Virus record (IMG/VR): IMGVR_UViG_3300045988_076883
Span: 1-51,726 of that record
Reading direction: 5' to 3' (one strand)
Source: a virus
Length of the DNA stretch: 51,726 nt
Shown here piece by piece: positions 42,579 to 51,690 of the stretch. The notes beneath the pieces were generated by a model, which worked only from the letters and a program-made list of their open reading frames with translations, had not been told where the DNA came from and searched no databases. The first letter of the stretch is position 1. Every line of letters begins with the position of its first letter. A program made the position numbers and the translations under genes.

Positions 42579-43728
42579 GATCGCAGAACTGGCGAACGCG
42601 CCGGAAGTGAGCTTTATCGGATACCTGACGCTGGACGAAGTAAAGCAGATGGTAAGCGATTGGTACAACGAGAAGTACAAGGAGCTGACCGGCACAGCCC
42701 CGGTGCTGGGAGATGCCGCGCCGGAAAAGCTGCTGCAATATGCCATTGCCATGCTGGGCGGGCAGACGCTGCAATACATCCAGGACAAGGGCAACGGAGA
42801 ACTGCTGGCAACGAGCTACGGCGGCTACCTGGACCAGCTGGCGGCAAACCTGGGCGTTACGCGCAAGCCTGCCGACAGAGCGACGGTGACGCTGCGGTTT
42901 ACGCTGGCGGACACGAGAAACAATGCTGTTGGCATACCAGCCGGTACGCGGGTGCGCACAGAAAACAGCCTGTACTTTAACACGCTGGACTATGCCGAGG
43001 TGAAAGCCGGAGAGCTGACAGCGGATGTGCTGGCACAGGCGCAGGAAGCGGGAGCCGAGAGCAACGGGATCGAAACTGGCGCGATCAACACGCTGGTTGA
43101 CCCCATCCCCTACATGGCGAGCGTGACGAACATTGAAGCCAGCCACGGCGGCACGGATGTGGAGGACGACGACACATTGAGTGAGCGCGTGTTCCGGGCA
43201 CCGAGCGTGTTTAGCTGCGCTGGCCCGGCGGATGCCTATGTGTATTACGCCAAGGCGTGGCGCAACGATGTGGCGGATGTGAAGATCGACAGCCCGGAAC
43301 CGTGCGAGGTGGACATTTACTTTTTGCTGGGCGACGACGGCAGACTGCCGACGGGCACCGAGCTGAAAGAGATGCAGGCATACTTTGCCGACGAGGAAAA
43401 AGTAAAACGCCCACTGACCGACAAGGTGGTGTGCAAGGCCCCGGCGGAGATCGGGTACAGCATTGACCTGACATACTACATTGCCAGCAGTGACCGAAAC
43501 AACGTGGCCGCCATACAGGAAGCCGTGACGGGCGCTGTGGAAAGCTACAAGGCATGGCAGCGCAAACTTGGCCGGGATATTAACCCGACAGAGCTGATCG
43601 CCGCGGTGCGCGGTGCTGGGGCCAAGAGGGTACGCTTGAAAGCCCCGGCGGATACCGTGGTAAGCGCGGCAGCCATTGCACGGTGCGACAGCGAAACCGT
43701 GAACTACGGAGGGCTGGAAGATGATTAG
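42571..43728 (+). CDS. Baseplate J-like protein (XkdT/gp47 family)
   Basis: GGTDVEDDDTLSERV motif. 385 aa. TTG start. Confidence 0.8.
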   Translation: MSKIAELANAPEVSFIGYLTLDEVKQMVSDWYNEKYKELTGTAPVLGDAAPEKLLQYAIAMLGGQTLQYIQDKGNGELLATSYGGYLDQLAANLGVTRKPADRATVTLRFTLADTRNNAVGIPAGTRVRTENSLYFNTLDYAEVKAGELTADVLAQAQEAGAESNGIETGAINTLVDPIPYMASVTNIEASHGGTDVEDDDTLSERVFRAPSVFSCAGPADAYVYYAKAWRNDVADVKIDSPEPCEVDIYFLLGDDGRLPTGTELKEMQAYFADEEKVKRPLTDKVVCKAPAEIGYSIDLTYYIASSDRNNVAAIQEAVTGAVESYKAWQRKLGRDINPTELIAAVRGAGAKRVRLKAPADTVVSAAAIARCDSETVNYGGLEDD

Positions 43729-44644
43729 TCTGCGGCAAGCGAAGCTGACGGACGCGATACCGGCAACGCTGGCGGCGCAGCCGTGGGCGCAGGCTTTGGC
43801 CTACGCCGAATGGCGGATGCGCGGCCTGCTGCTGGAATACGCGCAGGACAGCCAGATATACACAGCGCTGGACACATGCCCGGAAATGGTGCTGGATGCG
43901 CTGGCCGTAAGCTGGAAGGTGGGCTGGTACGATACCACCTACCCGGTAGAGATCAAGCGCAGCATTATCAAAAATAGTATGGCCGTGCGCCGGTATATGG
44001 GCACGGCGTGGAGCGCAAAAAAGGCACTGGGCGACGTGTGGCCGGACAGCGACATTGAGGAATGGTTCGACTACGGCGGAGAGCCGGGGCGGTTCCGCGT
44101 GGTGTGCAACGTGACGGACCCAACCGTTACCGCACAGGTGGAGACCATAGAGAACAACGTGATGCTGTACAAGCGGGAAAGTGCCCACTTGGACAGCATC
44201 AGCTTTATGGTGCGCCATGGTATACAGATTGGAGCGGTATACGAAACGTACAAATATGATGTGCCGCGGTGCGGGATGATCCGCTGCGGCACATGGCCAC
44301 GCCGCGCCACGCTGGGCAGAACCGAGGGCGCAGGGCTGGTGCTGACACCGGCAGCGGACGCCTTTGCGGCGGAGATGCCGCTTTGCGGTACACTGCCATA
44401 CCCTGCCACGCTGGGCCGCACAGGAGGTGCCGCGCTGGCCGTGGAGCCTGCGGCGGGTGCTTACCTTGCCGCGAACCCGGAAGCGGGCGCGGGAGACAGG
44501 AGCGGCACGGTGCCGCGCATTGCGACGATTGGCTATGCCGGACAGAGCGGTGCGCAGATTGCCCCGGAAGTGGGCGCTTACAAAGTTACCCCGGTACGAA
44601 GCGGCCAACGGCGCTGTGGGCATACCGTGGTGAAGAAATCGTGA
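43721..44644 (+). CDS. Tail protein I-like (P2 gpI family)
   Basis: N-terminal ...IYTALDTCPEMVLDALAVSW pattern. Position follows baseplate J. Confidence 0.7.
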   Translation: MISLRQAKLTDAIPATLAAQPWAQALAYAEWRMRGLLLEYAQDSQIYTALDTCPEMVLDALAVSWKVGWYDTTYPVEIKRSIIKNSMAVRRYMGTAWSAKKALGDVWPDSDIEEWFDYGGEPGRFRVVCNVTDPTVTAQVETIENNVMLYKRESAHLDSISFMVRHGIQIGAVYETYKYDVPRCGMIRCGTWPRRATLGRTEGAGLVLTPAADAFAAEMPLCGTLPYPATLGRTGGAALAVEPAAGAYLAANPEAGAGDRSGTVPRIATIGYAGQSGAQIAPEVGAYKVTPVRSGQRRCGHTVVKKS

Positions 44645-44662
44645 GGAAAGGAGGGGTAAAGG

Positions 44663-44983
44663 ATGGCGTTTTTTACCGAAGATTTTCTGAACGCAAGACG
44701 GGCGGACCTGCTGCGCAGTGTGCAGCGGTTCCAGTACCAGATCAACGGCGGAAGCTGGCGGGATGGTGAGATCAACAGCAAAAGCGTTGTGGGCAACGCT
44801 GTGATGGTATTTGTCAATGTGCCGAGTTCCGGCGCGGCGGATACCATTACCGGCGTGCGCGTGTACGACAACAACGACAAGCTGGCCGGACAGCAGGCCG
44901 TGAGCGTGAAGCGGACGAGCGTAAACGCGGCGCTGCTGCGCTTTGTGTTCCCGCTGACGGAAGCCAGCGCGGCAACGAGATGA
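44663..44983 (+). CDS. Hypothetical tail-fibre-module protein
   Basis: AAAGGAGGGG RBS. Confidence 0.75.
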   Translation: MAFFTEDFLNARRADLLRSVQRFQYQINGGSWRDGEINSKSVVGNAVMVFVNVPSSGAADTITGVRVYDNNDKLAGQQAVSVKRTSVNAALLRFVFPLTEASAATR

Positions 44984-45000
44984 AAGAGAGGTGAACGACT

Positions 45001-45537
45001 ATGTATGAACGCACATTCTGGCTGGACCATGTAGAGGACCAGAGCGGCGAGGTGATCCAGGAGGGCACGCCGCTGGACCAGGCGCACTTCAACAAAATGG
45101 AGGTAGGCATTGAGGACGCGAATCTTGCGCACAAGATCGTGATGATCTTTACGCGGTGGATCGAACGCAGGCTTGCCGCCATTGAGGGCGCCAGCGGGAC
45201 CCACACCACCGACATTGCCGGGATCAAGGCAAAGGACACGGCGCAGGACGGACGTCTGACGGCGCTGGAAAGCGAGACTGCCGCAGAGGTAAAGGAAGTT
45301 ACGCTGACCGCCAACAGCAACCCGTGGCCGTTTTGCAACGATGATAAGAACGTGATCCTGACTACTGTGCGCAAGAACACCAACTACACGGTGGATGTGT
45401 ACGTTAAGAGCGCAGCAGGCGGACGGCTGGGCGACATTACCGTGAGCGGCAAGGGCACGAACAGCTTTAAGGTCCGCCACGACGGCAGCGCCAAGACCGT
45501 GGTGCTGACTTTGAAAATTACGGGAGGTATGAAGTGA
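45001..45537 (+). CDS. Tail fibre-like protein
   Basis: N-terminal W.DHV.......IQEGTPL.QAHFNKME.GI is a pattern common to Firmicutes phage fibre proteins. Confidence 0.65.
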   Translation: MYERTFWLDHVEDQSGEVIQEGTPLDQAHFNKMEVGIEDANLAHKIVMIFTRWIERRLAAIEGASGTHTTDIAGIKAKDTAQDGRLTALESETAAEVKEVTLTANSNPWPFCNDDKNVILTTVRKNTNYTVDVYVKSAAGGRLGDITVSGKGTNSFKVRHDGSAKTVVLTLKITGGMK

Positions 45538-46028
45538 TGAAAGTTACCGAACTGAACGAGGGCAAGAAGATCGCCTACGCTGTGAAGAAAACCGTGCTGA
45601 CGCTGGACGGCGGGCGCATTGCGCTGGACTTGCAGAAGTACCAGAAGGACTACCCCGTTACGCTGGACTTTATGACAGACGGCGAGGGCAACCTGCTGAT
45701 GAACGCTTTTGACAGCCTGCGTGCCTATGTGGCGGAAATCCGCCTGCCTGCCTACGAAACCGAAACCGTGGAGGTTGAGGACGAGGACGCAAAGGACAGC
45801 ACCGAGGAAGCAGCCGAAGATACCACCCCGGCGGACGAGCAGGCCGCCGCCGAGGAAGCAGGCGTGACCGAGGACGAGCAGCAGGGGCAGGACGCCGAGC
45901 CTGCAACGATGGCCGCAAAGCAGACCAGGACTGTGACACGCCGCCTGCCGCTGGACATGAGCAAGGTCGAGCTTGACCTGTTTGCCATTGACGGCATTTA
46001 CATCAACCAGCTGGACGGCGAATTTTAA
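45537..46028 (+). CDS. Hypothetical acidic tail-fibre-module protein
   Basis: Coupled start (GTGATG). Strongly acidic central region. Confidence 0.7.
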   Translation: MKVTELNEGKKIAYAVKKTVLTLDGGRIALDLQKYQKDYPVTLDFMTDGEGNLLMNAFDSLRAYVAEIRLPAYETETVEVEDEDAKDSTEEAAEDTTPADEQAAAEEAGVTEDEQQGQDAEPATMAAKQTRTVTRRLPLDMSKVELDLFAIDGIYINQLDGEF

Positions 46029-46041
46029 GGAGGAATGAAGT

Positions 46042-47136
46042 ATGGCAAACAACTTTGATGCAATGCGCATGGCCGTGCAGGCCGTGTTCCCCACCAATGA
46101 TGTGCTGATGGACGACAAGGACGAGCCGTCCATCATGGTGTACATCCCGGCGTTCCGCCTGTGTGATGTGCTTTCGACCAGCGATACCAGCGTGCACCCG
46201 GCGTTCCGCATGAACGGCAAGGAGATTGCAGGCTTCTACATGGGCAAGTACCAGACGAAGCACTACAATGGCCGCGCCTACAGCCTGCCCGCACAGGACC
46301 CCGCCAACAGCCAGAACTACGACCAGTTCCGCCAGCAGGCCGCCGCCAAGGGCGCGGGCTGGCATGAGACGACCAACGCCGAGTGGGCCGCCATTGCGCT
46401 GTGGTGCCACAAGAACGGCTGCGAGCCGAAGGGCAACAACAACTACGGCAAGGATACCAGCGAGAGCGGGTACATCGCCATTCCTGCGCCGGGTGTGCAG
46501 GACAACAACAAGACCGCCCGTGTGCTGACCGGCACCGGTCCGATCACTTGGAGCCACAACGGCCAGATGGACGGTATTTTTGACATGAACGGCAACGTCT
46601 GGGAGTGGGTGCTTGGGCTGCGTCTGGTCAAGGGCGAGTTGCAGATCATTGCGGACAACAATGCCGCAGACAGCTCCTGCGATTCGAGCGCAAGTTCTGC
46701 CGCATGGAAAGCCATCAAGGCAAGCGACGGAACCCTGATTACCCCGGACGGGAACGGCACTACCGAGGGTTCCGTCAAGCTGGACTTTATCAGCAACAAG
46801 GGCGTGTGGAGCGCCAACATGACGGACCGCAAGGACGAGGGACGCGGTTGCAGCTTCAAGGATGTTACCGCGGATTCTACCGTAGTCGATGCCGCAAAGC
46901 TGCTGCTTATGAGCCTTGCGCTGATGCCGGACACCGCGCTGACGGGCACCGGCATTGATGCAACCTACGGCGGTGACTACTTCTACTTCAACAACGGCGC
47001 GGATGAGCGGTGCCCGCCTCGCGGCGGCAGCTGGTACAATGGCGGCAATGCGGGCGTGTTCTACTTGGACCTCAGCGGCCCGCGCTCGAATACCTGGAGC
47101 CACATTGGCGGGCGCTGCGCTTTTGTAAAGCAGTAA
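46042..47136 (+). CDS. DGR target (variable) protein, FGE-sulfatase/C-type-lectin fold, receptor-binding candidate
   Basis: GNVWEWV motif. The C-terminus GGSWYNGGNAGVFYLDLSGPRSNTWSHIGGRCAF carries the VR. Sits in the tail-fibre module. Confidence 0.9.
   Translation: MANNFDAMRMAVQAVFPTNDVLMDDKDEPSIMVYIPAFRLCDVLSTSDTSVHPAFRMNGKEIAGFYMGKYQTKHYNGRAYSLPAQDPANSQNYDQFRQQAAAKGAGWHETTNAEWAAIALWCHKNGCEPKGNNNYGKDTSESGYIAIPAPGVQDNNKTARVLTGTGPITWSHNGQMDGIFDMNGNVWEWVLGLRLVKGELQIIADNNAADSSCDSSASSAAWKAIKASDGTLITPDGNGTTEGSVKLDFISNKGVWSANMTDRKDEGRGCSFKDVTADSTVVDAAKLLLMSLALMPDTALTGTGIDATYGGDYFYFNNGADERCPPRGGSWYNGGNAGVFYLDLSGPRSNTWSHIGGRCAFVKQ
47007..47123 (+). repeat. DGR variable repeat (VR)
   Basis: A 117-nt gapless match to 47677-47793. 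The 11 mismatches all lie at TR adenines. Confidence 0.92.
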
Positions 47137-47157
47137 GCTGGACCCTGATGCGCTGGG

Positions 47158-47177
47158 GTCTGCGCGATAGCGCAGAC
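47158..47177 (+). promoter_or_regulatory. GC hairpin downstream of the VR (DGR target-recognition hairpin candidate)
   Basis: GTCTGCGC-gata-GCGCAGAC lies about 35 nt after the VR end, as described for the BPP-1 DGR. Confidence 0.6.
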
Positions 47178-47184
47178 ACAAACC

Positions 47185-47215
47185 CCGCGCGGCTTTGAGC
47201 CGCGCCGAATTTTAC
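47185..47215 (+). terminator. Terminator-like hairpin after the target gene
   Basis: GCGCGGC-tttga-GCCGCGC followed by GAATTTTA. Confidence 0.55.
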
Positions 47216-47229
47216 AGGAGGTGTTGACT

Positions 47230-47637
47230 GTGCCGAGAAATGCCGAGGTGCCGCCCCAGCGGGCGGCTGGCGAAGCACAATACCAACCGTTTTGGCTGCG
47301 CGAGAAAACCAAAGAAATGCTGCATTATGGATATAAGCTGACAATGACGTTCCCACGGAAAAGCAAAGAGCTTGCCGATGAAATGCGCCGCACCATGATC
47401 AGCATGTACAGAATGACGGTTGAGTTAGATAAGAAGTGCTACAAGAAAACGACCACACAAACGCTGGACGTTGAGCTGGCATGGCTGCGCGAGCTGGTAG
47501 TGATGGCAAGTGATAAGGATTTCTACGGTGATAAAATGCAACCGCCCCTTACCATGCACCAGCGGGAAGCGTGGGCGAAAATGAACGATGAAATCGGACG
47601 GCTGCTGGGCGGCTACCTAAAGACGCTGAAACAGTAG
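47230..47637 (+). CDS. avd: Accessory variability determinant (Avd, four-helix-bundle protein)
   Basis: Small basic helical protein between target and TR (..FPRKSKELADEMRR..). AGGAGG RBS. Start is uncertain (47221, 47230 or an internal ATG). Confidence 0.8.
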   Translation: MPRNAEVPPQRAAGEAQYQPFWLREKTKEMLHYGYKLTMTFPRKSKELADEMRRTMISMYRMTVELDKKCYKKTTTQTLDVELAWLRELVVMASDKDFYGDKMQPPLTMHQREAWAKMNDEIGRLLGGYLKTLKQ

Positions 47638-47676
47638 ACGGACGTTTTTCATAAACCGGGAATGTGCTATTTTACG

Positions 47677-47793
47677 GCGGTGCCCGAATCGCGGCGGCAA
47701 CTGGAACAATGGCGGCAATGCGGGCGTGTTCAACTTGAACCTCAACAACCCGCGCTCGAATACCTGGAACAACATTGGCGGGCGCTGCGCTTT
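47677..47793 (+). repeat. DGR template repeat (TR)
   Basis: Rich in AAC/AAT triplets. The invariant partner of the VR. Followed by about 180 nt of spacer before the RT. Confidence 0.92.
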
Positions 47794-47976
47794 ACGATCA
47801 ATACACACGCATGGTGGCGGATGTTCGCGCCGGATATGAGGGCCGCTGCTTACGAGCGGCGGTCGGTGTGTGAACTTAAAGGAGCGCATTTCCGTTCCGG
47901 GCGTTGAACCCGGAAAAAATGTGAATTGCCCGGGAAGCAGAGATGCGACACCGGGCGGAGCGAGAAGTAAAAATTT

Positions 47977-49209
47977 GTGAGTAAAAAGCTCGGAGAGCCG
48001 GTAGCGCTGGCACGGGCAGAGGATGGGCACACGGTCATTGGGCCGGGTGCCTTTGCTGTTATGACGGACTTTGCGTGGCTGGAACGGGCAAACCGCAACG
48101 CACGCAAGGGGAAAAGATACCGCGAGGAAGTGCGGTATTTCCACCAGAATCTTGACGGCAACCTGCTGGACATACAGCGGGATGTGAGGGCGGGCGCCTA
48201 CCGAACAGGCGGCTACCGGCATTTGTGGGTGCAGGTGCCGAAGAAACGGCTTGTGATGGCGCTGCCCTACCGTGACCGCATTGTACAGTGGAGCGTATAC
48301 CAACTGCTGAACCCGTATTTTGACCGCACGTTTATTGCAGACAGCTACGCTTGCCGCGTAGGCAAAGGGAGCCACAAGGCTGTTGGGCGGCTGCAATACT
48401 GGCTGCGGCAGGTGGACAGGAGCATATACCCGGATTGGTACTACCTGAAACTGGATATAAGCAAGTATTTTTACCGCGTAGATCATGCGGTGCTGCTGGA
48501 AATACTGGGCAGGCGGATCACAGACCCGGATGTTATGACCCTGCTGGAACGGGTGATCGACAACCCGAACGAGCCGTTTGGACTGCCACCGGGCAAGAAG
48601 CCGGAGGACGTGGCGTTTGAAAGCTGGCTGTACAACGTGGGGATGCCGATAGGCAACCTGCTGAGCCAGATGTTCGCCAACATTGTGCTGAACGAGCTTG
48701 ACCAGTATTGCAAGCACGTCTTGAAGCTGCACTGCTACATCCGCTACATGGACGACATACTGGTGCTGGGGCCGGACAAGGAACAGCTACAGCAATGCCG
48801 GGATGCCATAGCGGCTTACCTGGGAGCGGTGCTGCATTTGGACCTGAACGCCAAGACCTGCATACGGCCCGTGAGCATGGGCATTGAATTTGTGGGGCAA
48901 CGGGTTTGGGCAACGCACGCGGTACTGCGCAAGAGTACGGCGCGGCGGATGAAGCGCGAGGTACGCAAGATCAGCGAGGATGTGCGCGACGGCGTTATTA
49001 CCCGGCAGGAGTATGAACGGCGGGTGGCAAGCATACGCGGCATGATGGACCACACGAACAGCGGTGCGCTGCGCTGGCGGCTTAACGAGATAACATTGAA
49101 CATCGTAGGTGAAGAATATGGACAACTGCCTTATGGCCGAGGCGACAGTGATCGAAAAGCTGTGCGCGGTGGTGGAGCTGCAAAGCGAGATCATCCGCGT
49201 GCAGCATGA
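47977..49209 (+). CDS. DGR reverse transcriptase
   Basis: Contains YACRVGKGSHKAV, LKLDISKYFYRVDH, IGNLLSQMFANIVLNELD and YIRYMDDILVLG (YMDD). GTG start. Confidence 0.93.
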   Translation: MSKKLGEPVALARAEDGHTVIGPGAFAVMTDFAWLERANRNARKGKRYREEVRYFHQNLDGNLLDIQRDVRAGAYRTGGYRHLWVQVPKKRLVMALPYRDRIVQWSVYQLLNPYFDRTFIADSYACRVGKGSHKAVGRLQYWLRQVDRSIYPDWYYLKLDISKYFYRVDHAVLLEILGRRITDPDVMTLLERVIDNPNEPFGLPPGKKPEDVAFESWLYNVGMPIGNLLSQMFANIVLNELDQYCKHVLKLHCYIRYMDDILVLGPDKEQLQQCRDAIAAYLGAVLHLDLNAKTCIRPVSMGIEFVGQRVWATHAVLRKSTARRMKREVRKISEDVRDGVITRQEYERRVASIRGMMDHTNSGALRWRLNEITLNIVGEEYGQLPYGRGDSDRKAVRGGGAAKRDHPRAA

Positions 49210-49309
49210 TGTGATCCACCAGCTGGGCGGCTATGATCCTACGGAGGAACAGACCGCGCAGGCGGACGGCATGAGCCGGGAACTGTGCGGGGACATTTTT
49301 GACGTTTGA
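49118..49309 (+). CDS. Hypothetical small protein
   Basis: AGGTGA RBS lies 6 nt before the ATG at 49118. Overlaps the RT 3' end. Confidence 0.55.
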   Translation: MDNCLMAEATVIEKLCAVVELQSEIIRVQHDVIHQLGGYDPTEEQTAQADGMSRELCGDIFDV

Positions 49310-49403
49310 CGAAAGGGGTTGAACGGAATGAACGAAAACGAAAGCATGGAACTGACAGAGGAAATGGAGCAGGAACTTTGCGACGGAAAGGGCGGTGACG
49401 ACG

Positions 49404-50549
49404 ATGAGTAGCAGCGCACTGGTAAGCTATACGCAGTTATCCCCCAACTGCAACGCACCGCGCAACCAGAAGATCAGCAAGATCACGATCCACCACATGG
49501 CGGGAAGCCTGACGCTGCCGCAGTTTGGCGCGTTGGTGGCAAGGCCGAGCCGCCAGATGAGCGCCAACTATGCCATTGACAAGGACGGCAACATTGGCCT
49601 ATTCTGCGACGAAGCAAACCGCAGCTGGTGTTCGTCCAGCCCGTGGAACGACCACCGCGCCGTGACCATTGAGGTTGCGAACGATAGCGGTGCGCCTAAC
49701 TGGCATGTAAGCGATAAGAGCATGGCCGCGCTGCTGGACCTGTGTACCGACATTTGCCGCCGCAACGGCATGGCAAAGCTGGAATACACCGGCGACAAAA
49801 ACGGCAGCCTGACAATGCACTGCTTTTACGCCGCCACCGCCTGCCCCGGGCCGTACCTGAAATCGAAGTTTGCGGAGATTGCAAAGACGGTAACGGCGCG
49901 GCTGGCCGGTGAGCAGACAAGCGGCGGGCAGACGGCGCAGGAGCAGTTTGTGAAGATCATGGTTGAAAAATGCCAGAGCCGGTGCCAGGCGGCAAAGCTG
50001 CTGCCGAGCCTGTGCATTGCGCAAGCCTGCCTGGAAAGCGCCTACGGCACAAGCGAACTGGCCGTGCAGGCAAACAACCTGTTTGGCATCAAGCAGGGAT
50101 CCGGCTGGAAAGGCGCTGTGTACAGCAAAGCAACGAAAGAATGGGACGGGAGCAAGTATATCACCATTACGGCACCGTTCCGCAAGTATGACACGATGGT
50201 GGCCTGCGTGGAGGACTACATTGCGAAGCTGACGGGCATGGAGCGGTACAAGAACCTTGTGGGATGCACCGACATTGCCACGGCCTGCAAGTACATCCGG
50301 GAGGACGGCTGGGCGACAAGCCCGACCTACACGGAAAACCTGCTGAAAGTGGTGGACGAGTTCAACCTGACACAGTACGACGCAACGAATACGCCGGTTG
50401 TGCCTGCCGAACCTGACGCACCCACAAAGCAGATCATCAGCATTGACCCGGTGGAGCTGCCGAACGCGGCGGCTATGGAGTTCTACAAGCTGGCGCAGAA
50501 GTACGGGCTGGACAATGACCGCTACTACCACGCCAAGTATGTGCAGTAA
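49404..50549 (+). CDS. Bifunctional endolysin: N-acetylmuramoyl-L-alanine amidase plus glucosaminidase-like domain
   Basis: Amidase_2/PGRP-like ITIHHMAG...AVTIEVAN...ACPGPYL. Second domain AQACLESAYGTSELA..NNLFGIK...WATSPTYTENL. Confidence 0.9.
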   Translation: MSSSALVSYTQLSPNCNAPRNQKISKITIHHMAGSLTLPQFGALVARPSRQMSANYAIDKDGNIGLFCDEANRSWCSSSPWNDHRAVTIEVANDSGAPNWHVSDKSMAALLDLCTDICRRNGMAKLEYTGDKNGSLTMHCFYAATACPGPYLKSKFAEIAKTVTARLAGEQTSGGQTAQEQFVKIMVEKCQSRCQAAKLLPSLCIAQACLESAYGTSELAVQANNLFGIKQGSGWKGAVYSKATKEWDGSKYITITAPFRKYDTMVACVEDYIAKLTGMERYKNLVGCTDIATACKYIREDGWATSPTYTENLLKVVDEFNLTQYDATNTPVVPAEPDAPTKQIISIDPVELPNAAAMEFYKLAQKYGLDNDRYYHAKYVQ

Positions 50550-50609
50550 CACAAATATGAAGAAACCATTCTGACGATGGCCGCTGAACAAGGCGGGGAG
50601 GAAAACGAC

Positions 50610-51251
50610 ATGGAAAACAACGACAACATTTTCTTGGTAATCAAGGGTGCTATCGCGGCGGTGGCCGGGATGTACTCGGCTGCATTTGGCGTGGTGGGCT
50701 GCCTTGCGCTGGTTTGGGTGGCCTGCATGGCCGTGGACTACATCAGCGGCACCGCTGCTGCCTGCAAGGACGGAGAGTGGAGCAGCGCCGTGGCGCGTGA
50801 GGGCATCTATCACAAGGGCGGGATGATCCTGGTCGTGCTGGTGGCGGCACTTACAGACATGGCGGTGCGGATGGCGGTTGAGAGCATCCCGGGCATCGGC
50901 ATTGACTATAAGGCGCTGATCATGCCGGTGGTGCTGGTGTGGTACATTTTTACAGAGCTTGGCTCTATTGTGGAAAATGCGGCGGCTATGGGCGCGAATG
51001 TGCCGGAAAAGCTGGTAAAGCTGCTGGCGGCTGGCAAGGCTGCCGTGGAGAAAGACGGCGCGGAGACGGTTATCAATGCGGCACTGACGATCAACAGCAA
51101 GAGCGGAAAGACTGTGCTGGAAGAAATGGACTATGACGAGCTTGTGGAGTTGGCGTGCCAGATGGGCTTGACGGTGAAGGACGGCGAGAGCCGGGCGGAC
51201 CTGTTGAGCGAGATCATCAAGTGCGCTGTGGAGCATGAGAGCAAGCAGTAA
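50610..51251 (+). CDS. Holin (holin_4/TcdE-like) with a C-terminal HeH/Rho-N-like extension
   Basis: VDYISGT...TELGSIVENAAAMGANVP holin signature with TM segments. The C-terminus is YDELVELACQMGLTVKDGESRADLLSEIIK. Confidence 0.85.
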   Translation: MENNDNIFLVIKGAIAAVAGMYSAAFGVVGCLALVWVACMAVDYISGTAAACKDGEWSSAVAREGIYHKGGMILVVLVAALTDMAVRMAVESIPGIGIDYKALIMPVVLVWYIFTELGSIVENAAAMGANVPEKLVKLLAAGKAAVEKDGAETVINAALTINSKSGKTVLEEMDYDELVELACQMGLTVKDGESRADLLSEIIKCAVEHESKQ

Positions 51252-51263
51252 TACGCAATGAGA

Positions 51264-51320
51264 AAGCCCCGGCGGGTGGTACGGTGAGGAACCGTGCGGC
51301 TTGCCGGGGCTTTTGGTATT
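51264..51320 (+). terminator. Terminator of the late operon
   Basis: AAGCCCCGGC (51264-51273) pairs with GCCGGGGCTT (51303-51312), followed by TTTTGGTATTT. Confidence 0.75.
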
Positions 51321-51330
51321 TGTTGGGGGA

Positions 51331-51360
51331 AACTTGGGGATAACTTGGGGTAAACTTGGA
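51331..51360. repeat. Three AACTTGG(G/A) direct repeats (11-bp period)
   Basis: Repeats at 51331, 51342 and 51353. Confidence 0.7.
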
Positions 51361-51377
51361 ACGAGCTGGGGCGGGTG

Positions 51378-51401
51378 CATTTTCGTGAGGGCACGAAAAT
51401 G
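51378..51401. repeat. Perfect 10-bp inverted repeat CATTTTCGTG-aggg-CACGAAAATG
   Basis: Read directly. Lies in the att arm region. Confidence 0.8.
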
Positions 51402-51526
51402 GTCGCACGGCGTGTAAGTTTTGGATGGATTATTTGCACGGCGTGAGAGAGCGTGCGACATGGTGTGCAAGATGCAATGCAAGGAAAAAAGAACGTTGGG
51501 GCGACTTTGAGTACGGTTGGCGACTT

Positions 51527-51571
51527 GTACACAGTAGAGTACACAGTAATGTACACAGTAGCGTACACAGT
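51527..51571. repeat. Four tandem GTACACAGT(A) repeats (12-bp period), arm-type site candidates
   Basis: Starts at 51527, 51539, 51551 and 51563. The same word recurs at 131 and 142 on the other side of the att core. Confidence 0.8.
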
Positions 51572-51630
51572 GCGCACGGTGTCTGGTGTTTTTGAGCAGT
51601 TTTTTACGAATATTTACGAGCCAGAAAAGG

Positions 51631-51690
51631 CGAAAAAGATAAAAAGAATCAGCCGACATTCAACGATTTATCGTTAAATATCGGCTGATT
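51631..51690 (-). terminator. Intrinsic terminator abutting the 3' end of the tRNA-like sequence
   Basis: On the minus strand, CCA is followed by AATCAGCCGA...TCGGCTGATT (51647-51656 / 51681-51690, with the inner palindrome AACGAT-tt-ATCGTT), then CTTTTTATCTTTTT. Confidence 0.7.

Noticed and set aside
49599-51659. 686-aa minus-strand ORF spanning the endolysin, holin and att arm
   Set aside because: It is antisense to the lysis genes and runs through non-coding repeats. The composition is His/Arg-rich.
51453-51677. 74-aa plus-strand ORF near the right end
   Set aside because: It reads through the 12-bp GTACACAGTA repeats (YTVEYTVMYTVAYTV) and the tRNA terminator. It has no RBS and is an artefact of the repeat.
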